A DNA stretch of 64,000 nt from assembly GCA_964188305.1 (NCBI GenBank), contig OZ076885.1; one strand, 5' to 3'. The stretch's first letter is position 1, and each line of letters opens with the position of its first letter. This DNA is from Podarcis bocagei. Its lineage: Eukaryota. The position numbers and the translations under genes are program-made. Below the pieces are notes generated by a model, which saw only the letters and a list, made by a program, of their open reading frames with translations, had not been told where the DNA came from and made no database searches. Positions 1 through 12,620 of the stretch are shown here, piece after piece.

Positions 1-84
1 GTGTACACAGGGTTCTGATATTATCTCCCATCCAAACACTAAGGCGATCCAAATCTTTTCATAAGAAAGCTTCATGATTGGAGG

Positions 85-935
85 AGGATTGGAGGATGGA
101 TGGCGGCTAACAGATTGAGGTTGAATCCTGACAAGACAGAAGTACTGTTTTTGGGGGACAGGAGGCGGGCAGGTGTGGAGGATTCCCTGGTCCTGAATGG
201 GGTAACTGTGCCCCTGAAGGACCAGGTGCGCAGCCTGGGAGTCATTTTGGACTCACAGCTGTCCATGGAGGCACAGGTCAAATCTGTGTCCAGGGCAGCT
301 GTTTACCAGCTCCATCTGGTACGTAGGCTGAGACCCTACCTGCCCGCGAACTGTCTCACCAGAGTGGTGCATGCTCTGGTTATCTCCCGCTTGGACTACT
401 GCAATGCACTCTACGTGGGGCTACCTTTGAAGGTGACTCGGAAACTACAACTAATCTAGAATGCGGCAGCTAGACTGGTGACTGGGGGCGGCCGCCGAGA
501 CCATATAACACCGGTCCTTGAAAGACCTACATTGGCTCCCAGTACGTTTCCGAGCACAATTCAAAGTGTTGGTGCTGACCTTTAAAGCCCTAAACGGCCT
601 CGGTCCAGTATACCTGAAGGAGCGTCTCCACCCCCATCATTCTGCCCGGACGCTGAGGTCCAGCGCCGAGGGCCTTCTGGCGGTTCCCTCATTGCAAGAA
701 GCAAAGCTACAGGGAACCAGGCAGAGGGCCTTCTCGGTAGTGGTGTCCGCCCTGTGGAACGCCCTTCCAGCAGATGTCAAAGCGATAAACAACTACCTGA
801 CATTCAGAAGACATCTTAAGGCAGCCCTGTTCAGGGAAGTTTTTAACGTGTGATATTTTATTGTATTTTTGGTTTTTATGGAAGCCGCCCAGAGTGGCTG
901 GGGAGGCCCAGCCAGATGGGCGGGGTATAAATAAT
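85..935 (+). mobile_element. 5'-truncated L2-clade LINE (ORF2 C-terminus plus 3' UTR), inactivated; in SCFD1 intron 8, antisense to the gene
   Basis: ORFs 100-459 and 518-853 read WMAANRLRLNPDKTE...VRSLGVILDSQL...SRLDYCNALY...LHWLPV...RAFSV...LWNALP, typical of L2 ORF2 downstream of RT. Premature TAG at 457-459 and a frameshift near 515. Ends in a simple-repeat tail. Confidence 0.92.
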
Positions 936-1014
936 AAATTATTATTAATTATTATTATTATTGTTGTTGTTGTTGTTATTATTATTATTATCATCATCAT
1001 CATCATCATCATCA
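936..1014. repeat. Compound microsatellite (ATT)n(GTT)n(ATT)n(ATC)n, tail of the L2 element
   Basis: Directly visible. Confidence 0.95.
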
Positions 1015-1404
1015 TGAAACAACAAAGTCTTAAGTTGGCACCGAAACTCAGTACAGACTGTGCCAGATTGCTTTTTCTATACAAAAAGCACCACACTATT
1101 TCCTGTTGAGGACAGGCTGACACTGCCAGTCACCACTAGACATGCCTGAGTGGCATATTGCAAAGATTAGACCAGGTATAAGGAATAAGGTGATCTTTTA
1201 AGTACACTACCCCTAGTTCATGTACAAATACACTGTGTTCTCAGTTCATGCCCTTGAGAGGCACCAGATTACATATGGGCCATTTTTAAAAAGGGGACAA
1301 ACAGGCCTTTCCACTTTACATCACAGCTATCTCCTCCCTTCCCAAGTATTACTGTTTTAAAAATATTCCACTATTGTTGCAAGCTAGCATAAGCTCAGTA
1401 CTAA

Positions 1405-1495
1405 CCCCACAATCTTATGCACACTTAACTGGAAGTAAGTCCCGCTGAACTGAATAGGACTTGTGTCTAAGTACACATGCATAGGGTTATGCTGG
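1405..1495. repeat. Short (~90 bp) old palindromic MITE-like repeat; related copies near 12780, 35925, 37665, 41565, 45730, 52610, 58570
   Basis: Recurrent imperfect hairpin of the form caatcctatgca...aagtaagtccc...gggacttact...tgcataggattg. Confidence 0.55.
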
Positions 1496-2252
1496 ACCAA
1501 TAAAGAAGCTCCAACTTACAAAGAACTCAATATAATTTAGAGTTCTTCCCATATCCTCAACCTTGTCTGAACAGACAACACTTTCATATGCCACTAGCTT
1601 TCCTTCCTAGACTACAGGAGCGCATGCCAGGATGTAATCAAAGACACATAAGACACATGCACCTAGAAGCAAGGGGACACTGCATACCCAGGTCAGTTAA
1701 GAGGCAGCTAGCCAATCCAAGACATGGGAAGTACTCAAAGGTGGTGGAATACTCCATGATGGAGAAACCACCACATCAACCTAACCTCTGCTGGCTTACC
1801 ATTAGCAGGAGCTGGTTGAGCAGATTTTCCTGATAAGGCCTTTTAAAACTATTCCCTCCCACTGGAACCAATGGGAGGGAAAATAATTATGCCCAGAGTT
1901 TGCATACTTCTTAAATCGTGCACAGAGTGCACAAGCCTAAGGCTGGTTTATGTAGCACTAAACCATAGCTTAATGCTATGTCCAAACCCAGAAATTCTAC
2001 TGCACATGTCTTCCTAAGAATTGCAGTGGATAAAAACATTCTTAGATTGTGTCTGTTTAGCTTGGGACACACAAGTGGAGTTACCATGACAATGTAAAGT
2101 TACATTGACCGTTCTGTCTCCTCTGTGATATAGCTCAGTAAAAACAATTGTCTGTCTGCTGTTTGGCTTTCAGTTAAACAGTGATTCTCCCTTCATGATG
2201 CCTGTCATACATATTTCAAAAATTAATTCAGTTGGGATATTTCACAACTCAC

Positions 2253-2308
2253 CACTGCCACCATTTCTGCTGCTGTTCCCCTTGAACATCGGATTATTGG
2301 AATAGCTC
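2253..2308 (-). CDS. SCFD1: SCFD1 exon 8
   Basis: tag|GAGCTATT...GCAGTG|gtgagt; (G)[18 protein letters not shown]. Confidence 0.96.
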
Positions 2309-5300
2309 CTATTAAAAAATAAAAATTGATTTTTTGGGGGAAATGCTGTTATAGAGTCTACTATGTTTCTTTTAGGATAAATGGCTTTTATATTGCCTGC
2401 TACCAAGTTAATTTTATTAAATAAATATGGGTTAATAATATTTAAACAAAGCTTATGAAAACTTTCTAAAGTGCTGAGAAATTCCCTTATTCAGAGGGAA
2501 TTTTTGAGCATTTTTTAAAAGGCTAGCCAATAGAAGATAGCTAGACACCTCTCAAGCTGTTAAATGTATTTCTTAGTTCTCCAAAGGGATCATTTTGCAG
2601 ACCTAATACAGGACATATCTACTTTATATGTTCCAGGAGATTTAAGGAATTGAATTGTTTGAAACCACATTCTGAAACATCACATCTTGAGTGACAGATT
2701 ATCACTGTCATAACAGGACATGCAAACTTAAATAGGGAAGCTTTTCCTGAATAATTCTTAATTTTTAATCTTTAGCCAGATACAGATGGGTAAATTGTAA
2801 GCTCTGAGTTCGAACAATTCATATATCAAGAGCATCTAATATCTATCAATATCTTTAATTCCTACAAATTATTAAATGTTCAAAGAGAATAACATGAAAT
2901 CATATCATACTGTTGCTGTCCTCGGTCTAGGACTCTATTTCTTTTTTGACAACATTTACAGAAGAAATCCTTATTTTACAAAGTCCAAGCCACTGCAGAA
3001 ATGAGGTTGTATCCAATGAACTGTTCCACCAACGCATGGACTTCCACTTCTCGCAAACCCTCTCAAATCTGTTCTCCCAAGTCTCTGTAGCAGATTCACG
3101 GAGGTGTGCAGGCAGAGGAGCAGTGGAACAGGAAGAACCTTTTCTCAATTACTTTGCTATACAACACCCATAGGGTTGGATCCACAAAATCCAAGTGGAA
3201 ATGGGTGGGCAGAATATGATTTCTGCATAGCAGCTCCCAAAAGCCTCTCCAGAGGTCGGGAGGATACTGCTGAATGCGGCAGGAAGCTGAGGGCAAAGGG
3301 GAGGTCCCTGAAAATGTGAAAATTTCTGCATGAGCAAATTCACTTAACCATTGATCTGTACAATTCCTATGCTTTCTTCTCCTCTCTTCCAGCTGAATTC
3401 ACCCTACTTCATGTTTCACTACTATTCATGGTGCAAAATTATTTGTGTGCCAATGTTAATTTCAAGCATGATGAACCATCTTCAAATTCTTTTTTGAAAC
3501 TCTGCTTTATAACAGCATTTGAAGCTGGTTTGCAAACTCTAGGAATAGGTAACCATGAATAGAGCTCAATTCTGTAAAAACAATTCAGGGCACTGGGCAT
3601 TTTTGAGGAAGAGGTGGCTCGCTTTATCCTAACCACCTCCTTCGAATGACATATGACTTAATGTACAGTAGTGCCCCGCAAGACGAATGCCTCGCAAGAC
3701 GGAAAACTCGCTAGACGAAGGAGTTTTCCATTTTGGAGGTGCTTCGCAAAACGAATTTCCTATGGGCTTGCTTCGCAAGACGACAATGTCTTGCGAGTTC
3801 CTGCTGGTTTTTTTCCCTTCCCCCCCTTTTTCTAAGCAGCTAATCCGCTTATCAGCTGATCCGATCAGCAGATAAGCCGCTAAAAGCCGCTAAAAGCGCT
3901 AATCCGCTAATCCGTCAATGGGCTTGCTTCGCAAGACGAAAAAAACCGCTAGACGAAGAGAATCACAGAACGGATTCTTTTCATCTTGCGAGGCACCACT
4001 GTAGAGGGAATTTCACAGCATTCCTTACAGAGGTATGATATTTAAGAAACCAACATACTTACCAAGTGTAACAAAAAAACAGAAAAGGCTGTCTACAATT
4101 GTATCCATTACAGTCTCCATTTCCGTGTCTGTTATATCTGGTCTGTTGATGGCTGCAATACCAAAAAGGGAGAGGAGAAAAAAATCAGATTACTGTACTG
4201 TATAAATTATGCCTATGTGTCATTCACTCTAGATTAAAAGCTGAAAATTCTAGCAGACCAAAACAATTTTAAAATTCCAGGGTGTATCCAATGCTGTCTG
4301 TTGTGTGAGAGGTTATCTCCATAATCTCTTCCCCCTGCAGCCTTGCGTGCACCCTCAAAATTTGTCCCAAAGGGATGAAGGAGCAGAAGCAAATTTGGGG
4401 GGGGCACGTAGGGGGCTGCAGGGGTGATGAGAGGAAGCAGCAACCTTGTCGCATGAGCAGCAGTCTGATTGCATGTTGGATTCTACCCTCCATTTATGTT
4501 TCTTGCCTGATAGTAAAGATATACCGTATTTTTCGCTCTATAACACGCACCCGACCATAACACGCACGTAGTTTTTAGAGGAGGAAAATCCGTAGGCATG
4601 CCACCCGTAGGCATTTCCTCCATAACACACACAGACATTTTCCCTTACTTTCTAGGAGGAAAAAAGTGAGTGTTATGGTGCAAAAAATACGGTACTTGGT
4701 CTAAACAGCAGAAAGCACTTTATGTGCTTACTTTCATAAACTTCAATAATCGATTACAGCTCAATAATAAATGTAGGCAAGTAATCAAGGCGAATAATGG
4801 AAAATGAAGTCAGTAGCAAAACTCCACACCGTCACCAGCATTAGAATGTCTGGGTGCACATACAGAATTACACCATTATGTTCTCTTAAAATGCTAGACG
4901 TTTAACAAAATAACTGTTTTTAGAATAATCCACCTACCACGATACGAAACAAGCTCCTTGTTTTGATTGCATAATAAAAACATATCATCTTCCAAAGTAA
5001 TGAAGTTGAGATATTGGTCAAAAACCTATACATCAAAACAAAGGGATCATTAGTAAAAATAACACGTAAATGATTAGTTTATATTGAATCACTACTATAT
5101 CAAAACATTATTTTTATTTAAGGAACAACAAGGGCTTATATGCAATAGCAGTATTATCTTTGCAAAATAGTTCCAACCTGCACAAACTGAAATACCCAAT
5201 TTTGCCAACTCCCAACCTAAGAACCCCACACTCCAAAAAACTTGTTGAATCAGTTTTGAAAGTAACAGGTACTTCAATATGAATGTTTGGAATAATGTAC

Positions 5301-8300
5301 TTTACCTTAGCTACTTGTGCTACTGCACTGGCACCCAGAGCAGCATTTGCAATATCTTCCAGTTTACTTCTTGAAATGGCAGAAATAAAATTTAAATAAT
5401 AATATTCGTAAAGTTGGTTTCTAAGATCCTGAAAGAAAAAAATGAATGTTAAAAACACCAGAATTTTTTAGATAACAAGTATACTTTAAAAATGAAAGCT
5501 TTTACTATACAGTAGTGCTTCTAAAAATTAATCTCCTATAAGGCAGCATAACCCATGCCAATAACAGACAATATATACAATACTAGGGAGTTTTGCAGAA
5601 AATGTTCTTCTGAAGTGTCAGTGTTTAATCTGCAGTGTCCCAAAGCTTAGTTTGAGGTGCACATCCCCAGTCCTATATTCATTTGTATGTATGCTGACAT
5701 GTGGGAAGCATGCTCGAATGTCTCATGCAAATAAAATAAATAAAAAACTGGGCAGAACACAGTGGTATGTGGTTTCATTTGTAATCGCCCCAAGTTTAGT
5801 TAAAATTCTTGCTCCTTACTTGCCAGTGGCCTAGGGTAATCATTTGTCAAGTTCATATTCCACAAATACAATGCTTTTGACTGGTGAGAATGTGTGCATC
5901 TCTGAGTGGACATCACTCCTGGTTATTAAGATGTCTAACATGGGACAGAATAAAGCTTATTCAGAAAAGCAGTTATTCTGTTATTTTGATAAGCATGGGT
6001 AAAGCAGCTTCCCATTTAATATTATCCAAGTATCCACACTTCAAACCAAAAATTAACAGAATATGCCATTTCTTTATATAGCCTGTTTTGACCCTAATAA
6101 GACGCTTTTCTGCTGAGCTCATTTGGGTAAATTTTGAATATATTGATTAGTTCATTTTTCTGCACATTGTGTTATTGCATCTGTCCTGGATTAGATCTGT
6201 CTAGAGAAGAACTCAGTCTGAGATTTGAGTTTAAAAGCCTCTGCAGTGTCTGCATGTGTCCTGCAGGTGTCAGCAGTGTTAAATTGATATGCTGGACATT
6301 CATTCACTAAAAACTGCAATCCTAAATTGCACCAATACAAAGGTTGTGGCCTGCCCTGTATGGGCTTTGATGGGAGAAAAAATTAATCTATGCACCCTGA
6401 TTATATATAATTCTACTAATACCATGTGTTGCCTCAGCTTGTATAATATACATTAAATCTACAGGAATGGGGCATAATGAATCATTTTCATGGTCATGGT
6501 CATGGTTCCAGAAATCACTCCAAGAGATATCTCAGATTATGAAATGTTACATTCAAATCACCTGAAAAGCTTAATCAAATTAAGAATGTTGCAACAACTC
6601 TGGCTCACTCCCTTAACAAAAGGTGAAAATCACATTGTCATAATGCTCAGAGGTTGGGGTAAATGAGAATGAAGGTTTTTTTCCCCATGTGAAAAGGAGA
6701 TTTGAGTTATACCTGATATTCACTGCTATATCAATTTCTGGATTTTAAGAAAAAGTTAAGCAAGCCAGCCAGTGTTACAAACTGAGATATGAAAGCTAGG
6801 AGCTAAATGCACCTTAAACCTAGGTTATGGGTGCAATAACGGAATGTCTAGGCAGATTTTTTCATAACAAGAATACAAAGCTGAAAATGAATGAACTGCA
6901 GCTAAAATATTATGCTCATTTTTCACATGATCTGGTCCTTCCCCTGCCCACCCCCCTAATATTCTTAAGAGGGTCTCTTCTACAGTCTTCAGAGAGTAGC
7001 TGGAAGTGGGGAGGCAGAAAATGGTCTTCCTTTCCTTCCACTCTGCAGTTTGAAATCTTGGGCACAGTACTGCACCCAGAGCTCAGAAGCTGCTCATGCT
7101 AATGAAATTCCGTCGCAAAATGAGCCTAGAACAATGGGAGCTTCGAACACTTGACACCTGATATATTCGTACACACTAGCACAGGTAGTAGATGGACTTT
7201 AAAACTGCAAGGAAAGTAGGGAATAATCATACAAGACAACACGTTTGCAGGGGCTACAGCAGTAGCAAGCTGTCTCTCCTAACTGCCAACGACACTTAAG
7301 AACCTCTTTGATCCATAGCATAACCACTGTAAGTAGTAAGAGTATTTTCTAAGCAGTTGGCTCATCACTGGATTTGCTGATGTGGAGTACATGCTGCAGA
7401 CAATGAAGTCACAGCCCTAACATCTATGCTGCTGAAGCATAAACACTACCTTTTATCTGGCAGTAAAACAAAGTCCAGTTTCTTGTGTTACAACATGAAT
7501 TTTTAAACTCTTACAATGGACATTAAGCACGTCACACTACCTGGCACAGCCTGTCAATATTTTCCTCTGTTGGCATTACAAAATATATTGCTGGAACGTC
7601 TGGAATAGAATCTCGATCGGAGTGCAGAAGACTGGAAATAAAAGAACAAGCTTCATTTGTGAACTGTTTTACTCTTTCTTGAAACAAATGGAACAACAAC
7701 AAAAAGCCCTAGAAACAAAAAAGGCTTCAACAGCTTCAATCCTATGCACACTTGCTTGGGCAGAGCTTGACCGTGCAATCAGCCTTCTTCCAAGTAATCA
7801 TCTATTGGATTGGGCACATGGCACTTTCTACATAATTTGCTGATGCAGAAGTAATGCTAGTTTTTCTTTAATTGCAGTTTAACTGAAAGCCTGCCCAAGG
7901 AAGGTGTATTCCTTTCTCTCCTGTTCCCTTAACTATAGTTAAGCAGTTTGTTGACCACACATCATGAATTGCAATCAAGGTTAACCACGGCATCTCAATG
8001 TACCCATTCATAGCTTGTATGATTAGTCTGAAAAAAGGAAAAGGAGCTGTCTCAGGTGTTTCAGAACTATGACTTGAAAAGGTAGATTGCATAGACTTAA
8101 GTATAATGAAAATATGTTTTTCAGATATGCTCTTACTGTATGCCCAGTAACTTGCAAAATTAAAACTGCTTTCAGCCTTCTCTTAATTTTGTAAGCAATG
8201 TAATGGATTTATGTGCTGTTTTAGGTAAAGACTGGCATACTTAGACATGCCAGAGCTTCAGTCTGCTCTTTACAAGAGAGAATACATCACTGTAAGCATA

Positions 8301-11300
8301 ACTAGCATCCTTCAGCTTCCCATTATTGACCAGTTACCCAGCTGGTGGTTTAACATGCAACCTTATCCTCCTCACCATAAAAAAACCACATGTTTTTTCA
8401 AACAACGTATAAAGTAACACAACCGCAAAACGTATACATATAGATACATACAGATGTAAAGTAATGCCCATGTCTCTTAATTCTTTCACTGACAATAATG
8501 GAGATATTATATCTTGGCCAAATCTGTCATAAATGAGAACCTGCAACACAAAAATACCTATTAGCATAATTCCAGTAAGGAACTTGACATATTTAGGGGA
8601 GAGGATAGGACTCTTTTGAGGTCAACCAATCAGAGAGGAAGAAGAATGCTATGGTCAGGTTTTATTAGTTGCATACACACTAAGCAAACTAGAAAGCAAT
8701 GTCAGTGCATGGATCACAATTCACTTCAGTGGGGCCTGAGCAGAGGTTGTGCAGCAGCTTTATGTCCATGAGCTTGTAATTATTTAACAGATAAAGGGGT
8801 CTTAAGCAACATTTCAGATTTGAAGGAGTCAGTCACATTCTCATATGCTTTGAAATAAATACAGTGGTACCTTGGGTTAAATACGCTTCAGGTTACATAC
8901 GCTTCAGGTTCCGCTAACCCAGAAATAGTACCTCGGGTTAAGGATGAGAACAGAAATCGTGCTCCGGCGGTGCAGTGGCAGCAGGAGGCCCCATTAGCTA
9001 AAGTGGTGCTTCAGGTTAAGAACAGTTTCAGGTTAAGAACGGACCTCCGGAACGAATTAGGTATGTAACCAGAGGTACCACTGTAATTTCCTTTAAAACA
9101 AATTATTATTTAAAAAATATGAAAACAACAGGAAAGCATTAAAAAAAATTATTTGACATTGCAATTTTTTTTAAAAAAATGAGGGCAGCCTGTCATACAA
9201 AACCACGAGAGAATATATGGACATAATAACTAACCATGATTTATTGTGAAGGGAATAATTCTAGATGAACCATTGGCTAAAATGCTTTTCCTGCTCCCTC
9301 CAGTGCAGTTGAATTAAGGTTTTTCCCCATGTTTTTTATTAAACACAGTTTAGTTTCTAAATCAATCAATCTCAATGTTATGTCTCAAGCTTCAACTGTA
9401 CAGTGGTACCTCTAGTTACGAACTTAATTCGTTCTGGAGGTCCGTTCTTAACCTGAAACTGTTCTTAACTAGAGGAGTGCTTTCACTAATGGGGCCTCTT
9501 GGTGCTGCTGCGCTGCCGGCACCCGATTTCCATTCTCATCCTGGGGCAAAGTTCTCAACTCGAGGTAACTCTTCCATGTTAGTGGAGTTTGTAACCTGAA
9601 GCGTTTGTAACCGGAGGTACCACTGTATTTAATGTTGTTTGTCAAAACCGGGCAGCTTCATAATATATGGCTTGTTTCAAGCTAATCAGAGTTAAGATTA
9701 ACTGGAGTTTCTCAGGGTCACACAACACAGCAAGCTTCAAACAAATGAAAGAAAGGAAAAGCTTCAGAGCTCCTCATTGCAGCTATGCCAGAGAAGGAGG
9801 GAATGGGGCAGTGTGCATCTGATGCTCACCTAGCTAGTTCCTGTCAGAATTAAAAAAGTGTTTTATGATGACATCTGGACTTAAAAACCAACTGGAAAAA
9901 GTAACATGCACAATAAAAGCTGAAATGGTTCTATCATGCAACATTAAAAACAGAGTCACAAACAATGTTTCTTAAACCATTAGTACAGTTTCCTCAATAA
10001 AATCCATCACCAGTGTCAATACTACCAAAGGAATTACTTCTATCTACTCAGTTATGTTTACTTTCACAGAGCTCTTCTTTATGCAGTTCTATGGGGTTCA
10101 TTATCAGCAATTGGTCCAAGTCAACAACCTATTTCGTAAAGCTATAAAATGTCATTTTCAAGAACAAGGCAAATAAGTTAATTTGAAACTAGAAATGATT
10201 ACCATGGATGTAAAATTGGCATATAGTTTGACTTACTTTCCATACTGGTTCACCTGTACTGTTTTTAACAGGTGGCACATTGAAATTCAACATACGTTTT
10301 AGAGCCACTGAAAATGAGAGAAAAGAGGATTTTGAATAGTTTTGAAAACGTATGACTAACCACATAAAATCTATTGAGAACCTTTTCAAAATATTGCAAT
10401 CTGACTATATGTTATTTAGAAATAAACAATGTTAGAGTTTATTTATTTGAGATTATTGTAGTCAAGCAGTATATAAATTGTTAAAATAAAATAAATAAAG
10501 AGGCCATGGCTACTGTCTTATTTAAATTAATAACAACATTTGTCAAGATGTGTGGATATTGTAGCAACTGAAGAGACAAGAACCTAAGAGCAGAAACTGG
10601 TATTGTAAAATAACAGTGTGTTTCCATTGTACTTCTTATGTACCAAAGCCTTCTTATACTCAGAGACATAAGTATGATGAAAATTGATGTGAAAGTCATA
10701 TTAGATATTCCCAAGGCTCTGCCCTGAGACTAAAACTTTTAAAATAATCCATGAACAAACGCATGAATGGGAACAAAATGGCAAAGCAGATTTAGCAGAA
10801 AGTGTAAAGTGTTACACACAAGGGCACTGAATTTACATATATTCTGTCAAGTCCAAACTGGTAGTGACTTCTCAATATCTCCGACATATGAAGAATGAAA
10901 CTGTAATAAAAAATGTGTGTGTGTGTGTTGAAGTCTGATGAAGAAGTCTAGTCCTAAACCCAAACCCCGACATGGGTGAATCCGTGAAGATTTCATACAC
11001 CTTTGCAGTATGTGTTCCAGAATGGTTACTTGAAACATTTCTTACTAATAAATATATGGTCAGTATGGAATGCTTTGGCAATTACAAGCCATTGGGACAT
11101 ACTACACTGACCTGCTTCTGACTGGATAACATAGGCAAATCTGTTTGTTTGAAACAACCTTCCCCAACCTGGTAGCCCCCAGATGTTCTGGACCACAAGT
11201 CCAACCAGTGCTGATTGCGGCTAATGGGAACTAGTCCAAAAACAACTGGAGGACACCAGGTGGAGAAACTCTGACTTGAAGGGCTGTGCTTCAGTTTGGA

Positions 11301-12199
11301 GTAGTAACACCAGCCATTAAAATCACAGAAAAACACCCAGCCTAAAACCATCACGATCGCGTAGATGACACGTTCAGAACTCATCGGAGCACAGCTTGAA
11401 AAGATGAAAACAATGCTGACTCTGATAAACCTTATATTTTCCTTTGAGGATGATGCGTGTAAGGTACTAAAGGGGCATTTCTTGGGGATCATTTGTTCTT
11501 GTATCTTCTAACAATGCCTTGCAAATTGCTTAACGCGGGTAGGCGGATGATGCAAAGGCTGCTTTTAACAACTAATAGCATGACTCCACTTTAAGTTTAA
11601 GGGCTCCTTTGGAATAACTGCAATGTCTCTGAAACTGTGACGGCAGTCTCTTTGTGGACATGATGGGGTGGGGTGGATTCCCCCCCCCCTTTTGTACCAA
11701 CTTAAAACTCCGTAGTGGTCTATGAAGTACCTACTGCCCTATAATCCCAAAGTGTTGTTGCTGTTCTTATAAAACCCGAGGGCTGGAGGCAGCGAAAGAA
11801 GAAACACAGCCGCGCCAGGAAACTAAGAGCAGCAGGATGCGGGGTCAATACAGGGAACTATCTCGGCCCCTTGGCCGCCACGGGGCAACCCTCCCCCCCC
11901 CCCAAAGTAGGGCAGGGCTCCGCTCCTCCAGAAGCGGGTCGGCCAGCCAAAGAGAGCCTTCTTCGCGCGGGTTTTAAAGGAAGAGGCCCCGCGGAGGATG
12001 CAGAAAGGAGCAGGCCGCGCGTATCCTCCGTGAGGTAACAAAGACGCCGCCAAACCCTCCCGCCGAGCAGGGCAGCGGCGGCAGCCCCGCCGCACCCCGC
12101 GGGCTCCCCGGCGACAGAGGGCCGGCGCCCCTTCGAGCCTGTCCCCGAGAGAAAAGCGGGGAACTCACCCGTCTGCTTCTCCCGGATGCTGGCCGCCAT
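2253..12199 (-). CDS. SCFD1: SCFD1 / Sly1 (Sec1/Munc18 family), 5' part: coding exons 1-8; gene continues beyond the left edge
   Basis: Spliced translation [71 protein letters not shown]...[19 protein letters not shown]. Exons of 31, 71, 89, 91, 123, 88, 90 and 56 nt, all GT-AG, with consistent phases. Confidence 0.98.
3666..4001. mobile_element. Tc1/mariner (Tigger-like) MITE, family B
   Basis: TA|CAGTAGTGCCCCGCAAGACG...CTTGCGAGGCACCACTG|TA; near-identical copy at 33065-33387. Confidence 0.88.
4063..4152 (-). CDS. SCFD1: SCFD1 exon 7
   Basis: cag|CCATCAAC...ACACTTG|gtaagt; [30 protein letters not shown]. Confidence 0.97.
4279..4490. mobile_element. Old MITE family with GGGYTGTATCCAA-type terminal inverted repeats (possibly PIF/Harbinger); related copies near 3000-3340, 6900-7090, 16167-16328, 19130-19350, 22362-22545, 22740-22890, 62930-63140
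   Basis: agggtgtatccaa...ttggattctaccct termini and a shared internal cccctcaaaat..gctccaga motif. Superfamily assignment is tentative. Confidence 0.5.
4524..4692. mobile_element. Tc2/pogo-like MITE
   Basis: TA|CCGTATTTTTCGCTCTATAACAC...GTGTTATGGTGCAAAAAATACGG|TA. Confidence 0.85.
4938..5025 (-). CDS. SCFD1: SCFD1 exon 6
   Basis: tag|GTTTTTGAC...TATCGTG|gtaggt; [29 protein letters not shown]. Confidence 0.97.
5306..5428 (-). CDS. SCFD1: SCFD1 exon 5
   Basis: cag|GATCTT...GCTAAG|gtaaag; [41 protein letters not shown]. Confidence 0.97.
7541..7631 (-). CDS. SCFD1: SCFD1 exon 4
   Basis: cag|TCTTCTGCAC...TGCCAG|gtagtg; [30 protein letters not shown]. Confidence 0.97.
8452..8540 (-). CDS. SCFD1: SCFD1 exon 3
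   Basis: cag|GTTCTC...CATCT|gtatgt; [29 protein letters not shown]. Confidence 0.97.
8862..9083 (+). mobile_element. Tc1/mariner (Tigger-like) MITE, family A
   Basis: TA|CAGTGGTACCT...AGGTACCACTG|TA; eight copies in the window. Strand gives relative orientation only. Confidence 0.9.
9401..9625 (-). mobile_element. Tigger-like MITE family A, inverted relative to the 8862 copy
   Basis: Same TIRs and TA TSD; internal sequence is the reverse complement. Confidence 0.9.
10237..10307 (-). CDS. SCFD1: SCFD1 exon 2
   Basis: cag|TGGCTCTA...TGGAAA|gtaagt; (V)[23 protein letters not shown]. Confidence 0.97.
11154..11273. mobile_element. Degraded hAT-type hairpin MITE
   Basis: Resembles the 27704/32130/35048 family (ccccaacct...cagatgtt.tggac.acaa...gtccaaaa.ca.ctggag). 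Confidence 0.55.
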
Positions 12200-12620
12200 C
12201 TTTTCTGCCACTCAGGCCGGCTCCGCCCCCGTCGCCGCTACAGCAGCCGGCAGACGTGGCGCCCCGGCGAGGCGGCCCCTGCTGCTGCTGCTGCTGCTGC
12301 GAGCGACCTGAGGCGCGGCGGGCGGAGCCTCCTTGCCCGGCGTCCCCTCTGGCTCCTCGTATATCCCAGCCGCCGGCGCCGCAACTGGGGCTTCTCGGTG
12401 ATCTTCGGGGATGGTTGGAAGAGGAGAGGGCGGCGGTTTCCCCCTTCTGCTTCTTCCCACCGCCGGCTCTTCTCCCACTGAGGCGCTCGCGGCCCTCGCG
12501 CGGGACGGGGTTGGCGGTGCCGGACGGGGCGGTTCTGAGGTGAATTGGCAGCGAGGAGCCAAAATATAGGGAAGAGGGAGAAAACGCCACGCACAAAAGT
12601 TGCCGCCTAGGGGCCGGTAG
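11780..12620 (-). promoter_or_regulatory. CpG-island promoter and exon 1 region of SCFD1; YY1 motif over the start codon; (CAG)7 at 12279-12299
   Basis: High GC and CpG content. AAGATGGCGGC on the minus strand at 12192-12202; GC box ccgcccc near 12223. Confidence 0.88.
12169..12199 (-). CDS. SCFD1: SCFD1 exon 1, coding part
   Basis: aagATGG Kozak context; [10 protein letters not shown]+G|gtgagt. Confidence 0.95.

Noticed and set aside
707-1123. Poly-Ile/Met ORFs (also 51971-52331 and 58571-58957)
   Set aside because: Translations of microsatellites.
8862-9083. Short internal repeats (acgcttcaggtt) as a CRISPR-like array
   Set aside because: Sub-terminal repeats of a eukaryotic MITE; no spacers and no cas genes.
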